From NCBI RefSeq assembly GCF_964355755.1, contig NC_092670.1, positions 21,128,795-21,192,794 on the forward strand: a stretch of DNA of 64,000 nucleotides, written 5' to 3'. Made by a program: the position numbers and the translations under genes. This DNA is from Antedon mediterranea. Its lineage: Eukaryota; Animalia; Echinodermata. Of the stretch, positions 60,400-64,000 are shown piece by piece. Below the pieces are notes generated by a model. It worked only from the letters and a program-made list of their open reading frames with translations. It made no database searches and had not been told where the DNA came from. Position 1 is the stretch's first letter; each line of letters starts with the position of its first letter.

Positions 60400-60470
60400 G
60401 GTTCGCGGGTTGCTAGACTTAATGATCCAGATTTCACTTCACTTCCGGAGAGGCATTTTGACGCTTGTGT
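60400..60470 (-). promoter_or_regulatory. Probable TOP3A promoter with ETS motif
   Basis: CACTTCCGG at about 60440, about 170 bp upstream of the first in-frame ATG. Confidence 0.45.
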
Positions 60471-60610
60471 CAAGCTAGCCGACAATAAGCCAGCCGACAA
60501 TAAGCCAGCCCACTTTTATTTTTTCCAGCCGACAATAAGTATGAAACGCCGTTTGTGTATTTTTCACATTTTCAGTATTGCTTAAGGTTTTTATAGTATT
60601 AGAAATTCAA

Positions 60611-63600
60611 TATTTGTGAGAAAATGGTGGATTGCTCCTGGGAGTCACTTGGTGGGATTATACTAGGGGACCTCCTTAATCGTCAAGTATAAGTTAGAGT
60701 AGAACCGCTGGTCCTGTTTACTCAGCCCTCATCTTTTAAATCTGAGTGTAACTCAATTACGATTTCTAATATTATAGTGAAATTTGATACTGTATTTGTG
60801 AGAAAATGGCGGATTGCTCCTGAGAGTCACTTGGTGGGATTATACTAGGGTACCTCCTTAGTCGTCCAGTATAAGTTAGGGTGGGACCACTAGTCCCGTT
60901 TACTCAGCCCTCATCTTTTAAATCTGAGTGTAACTCAATTACGATTTTTAATATTATAGTGAAATTTGATACTGTAATTGTGAGAAAATGGCGGATTGCT
61001 CCTGGGAGTCACTTGGTGGGATTATACTAGGGTACCTCCTTAGTCGTCCAGTATAAGTTAGAGTAGGACCACTGGTCCTGTTTACTCAGCCCTCATCTTT
61101 TAAATCTGAGTGTAACTCAATTACGATTTTTCATATTATAGTGAAATTTGATACTGTATTTGTGAGAAAATGGCGGATTGCTCCTAGGAGTCACTTGGTG
61201 GGATTATACTAGGGGACCTCCTTAATCGTCAAGTATAAGTTAGAGTAGAACCGCTGGTCCTGTTTACTCAGCCCTCATCTTTTAAATCTGAGTGTAACTC
61301 AATTACGATTTTTAATATTATAGTGAAATTTGATACTGTATTTGTGAGAAAATGGCGGATTGCTCCTGGGAGTCACTTGGTGGGATTATACTAGGGTACC
61401 TCCTTAGTCGTCCAGTATAAGTTAGAGTAGGACCACTGGTCCTGTTTACTCAGCCCTCATCTTTTAAATCTGAGTGTAACTCAATTACGATTTTTAATAT
61501 TATAGTGAAATTTGATACTGTATTTGTGAGAAAATGGCGGATTGCTCCTGGGAGTCACTTGGTTGGATTATACTATGGTACTTCCTTAGTCGTCCAGTAT
61601 AAGTTAGAGTAGGACCGCTGGCCCTGTTTACTCAGCCCTCATCTTTTAAATCTGAGTGTAACTCAATTACGATCTTTAATATTATAGTGAAATTTGATAC
61701 TGTATTTGTGAGAAAATGGCGGATTGCTCCTAGGAGTCCCTTGGTGGGATTATACTAGGGGACCTCCTTAATCGTCCAGTATAAGTTAGAATAGGACCGC
61801 TGGTCCCGTTTACTCAGCAGCCCTCATCTTTTAAATCTGAGTGTAACTCAATTACGATTTTTTATATAGTGAAATTTGATACTGTATTTGTGAGAAAATG
61901 TCGTCCTTAATCGTCAAGTATAAGTTAGAGTAGAACCGCTGGTCCTGTTTACTCAGCCCTCATCTTTTAAATCTGAGTGTAACTCAATTACGATTTTTAA
62001 TATTATAGTGAAATTTGATACTGTATTTGTGAGAAAATGGCGGATTGCTCCTGGGAGTCACTTGGTGGGATTATACTAGGGTACCTCCTTAGTGGTCCAG
62101 TATAAGTTAGAGTAGGACCACTGGTCCTGTTTACTCAGCCCTCCTCTTTTAAATCTGAGTGTAACTCAATTACGATTTTTAATATTATAGAGAAATTTGA
62201 TACTGTATTTGTGAGAAAATGGCGGATTGCTCCTGGGAGTCACTTGGTGGGATTATACTTGGGTACCTCCTTAGTCGTCCAGTATAAGTTAGAGTAAGAC
62301 CGCTGGTCCTGTTTACTCAGCCCTCATCTTTTAAATCTGAGTGTAACTCAATTACGATTTTTAATATTATAGAGAAATTTGATACTGTATTTGTGAGAAA
62401 ATGGCGGATTGCTCCTGGGAGTCACTTGGTGGGATTATACTTGGGTACCTCCTTAGTCGTCCAGTATAAGTTAGAGTAGGACCGCTGGTCCTGTTTACTC
62501 AGCCCTCATCTTTTAAATCTGAGTGTAACTCAATTACGATTTTTAATATTATAGTGAAATTTGATACTGTATTTGTGAGAAAATGGCGGATTTCTCCAGG
62601 GAGTCATTTGGTGGGATTATACTAGGGTACCTCCTTAGTCGTCCAGTATAAGTTAGAGTAGGACCACTGGTCCTGTTTACTCAGCCCTCATCTTTTAATT
62701 CTGAGTGTAACTCAATTACGATTTTTAATATTATAGAGAAATTTGATACTGTATTTGTGAGAAAATGGCGGATTGCTCCTGGGAGTCACTTGGTGGGATT
62801 ATACTTGGGTACCTCCTTAGTCGTCCAGTATAAGTTAGAGTAAGACCGCTGGTCCTGTTTACTCAGCCCTCATCTTTTAAATCTGAGTGTAACTCAATTA
62901 CGATTTTTAATATTATAGAGAAATTTGATACTGTATTTGTGAGAAAATGGCGGATTGCTCCTGGGAGTCACTTGGTGGGATTATACTTGGGTACCTCCTT
63001 AGTCGTCCAGTATAAGTTAGAGTAGGACCGCTGGTCCTGTTTACTCAGCCCTCATCTTTTAAATCTGAGTGTAACTCAATTACGATTTTTAATATTATAG
63101 TGAAATTTGATACTGTATTTGTGAGAAAATGGCGGATTTCTCCAGGGAGTCATTTGGTGGGATTATACTAGGGTACCTCCTTAGTCGTCCAGTATAAGTT
63201 AGAGTAGGACCGCTGGTCTTGTTTACTCAGCCCTCATCTTTTAATTCTGAGTGTAACTCAATTACGATTTTTAATATTATAGTGAAATTTGATACTGTAT
63301 TTGTGAGAAAATGGCGGATTGCTCCTGGGAGTCACTTGGTGGGATTATACTAGGGTACCTCCTTAGTCGTCCAGTATAAGTTAAAGTAGGACCGCTGGTC
63401 CCGTTTACTCAGCCCTCATCTTTTAAATCTGAGTGTAACTCAATTACGATTTTTAATATTATAGTGAAATTTGATACTGTATTTGTGAGAAAATGGCGGA
63501 TTACTCCTGGGTGTCACTTGGTGGGATTATACTAGGGTACCTCTTTAGTCGTCCAGTAAAAGTTAGAGTAGGACCACTGGTCCTGTTTACTCAGCCCTCA

Positions 63601-64000
63601 TCTTTTAAATGTGAGTGTAACTCAATTACGATTTTTAATATTATAGTGAAATTTGATACTGTATTTGTGAGAAAATGGCGGATTGCTCCTGGGAGTCACT
63701 TGGTGGGATTATACTTGGGTACCTCCTTAGTCCTCCAGTATAAGTTAGAGTAGGACCGCTGGCCCTGTTGACTCAGCCCTCATCTTTTAAATCTGAGTGT
63801 AACTCAATTATGATCTATAATATTATAGTGAAATTTGATACTGTATTTGTGAGAAAATGGCGGATTGCTCCTCGGAGTCACTTGGTGGGATTATACTAGG
63901 GTACCTCCTTAGTCGTCCAGTATAAGTTAGGGTGGGACCACTGGTCCCGTTGACTCAGCCCTCATCTTTTAAATCTGAGTGTAACTCAATTAAGATCTTT
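60611..64000. repeat. 182-bp satellite array (about 18-19 units, runs off the window)
   Basis: Unit starts TATTTGTGAGAAAATGGCGGATTGCTCC at 60611, 60793, 60975, 61157... Confidence 0.97.

Noticed and set aside
60611-64000. Hammerhead ribozyme or coding capacity in the 182-bp satellite
   Set aside because: No CTGANGA..GAAA core seen on either strand; the 86-aa ORF at 63493 results from a single-unit variant.

Overview
AT-rich, intron-dense animal genomic DNA, probably a marine invertebrate; an echinoderm is plausible but not demonstrable from the sequence. It is not prokaryotic. Four spliced protein-coding genes were reconstructed by hand. PDPK1 (minus, 3'-partial) has two candidate first exons and one U12-type intron. 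ATP5PD (plus, 5 exons) is head-to-head with PDPK1. TMF1 (minus) has 18 exons. TOP3A (minus, 24 exons) has an upstream in-frame putative mitochondrial leader. An intron-containing tRNA-Ile(UAU) lies between TMF1 and TOP3A. Introns are packed with non-autonomous DNA transposons (PIF/Harbinger-, Tc1/pogo-, Kolobok-, Merlin-, hAT- and ISL2EU-like), 5S-derived and tRNA/Deu-domain SINEs, a decayed CR1 LINE, a Rex1-like LINE end, several minisatellites and a 182-bp satellite with trimer higher-order structure. The most unusual signals are three. (i) Pervasive TA-NNN(N)-TA micro-insertions (TACAGTA/TACTGTA and TAGGCTA/TAGCCTA/TAGGCCTA), shown by paralog comparison to be insertions at TA, which look like transposon excision scars; the GGC type clusters near promoters. 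(ii) Repeated local duplication of splice sites plus exon ends in three genes, creating candidate micro-exons and decoy donors. (iii) Modular SINE families. All coordinates were read by eye and may be off by a few bases.
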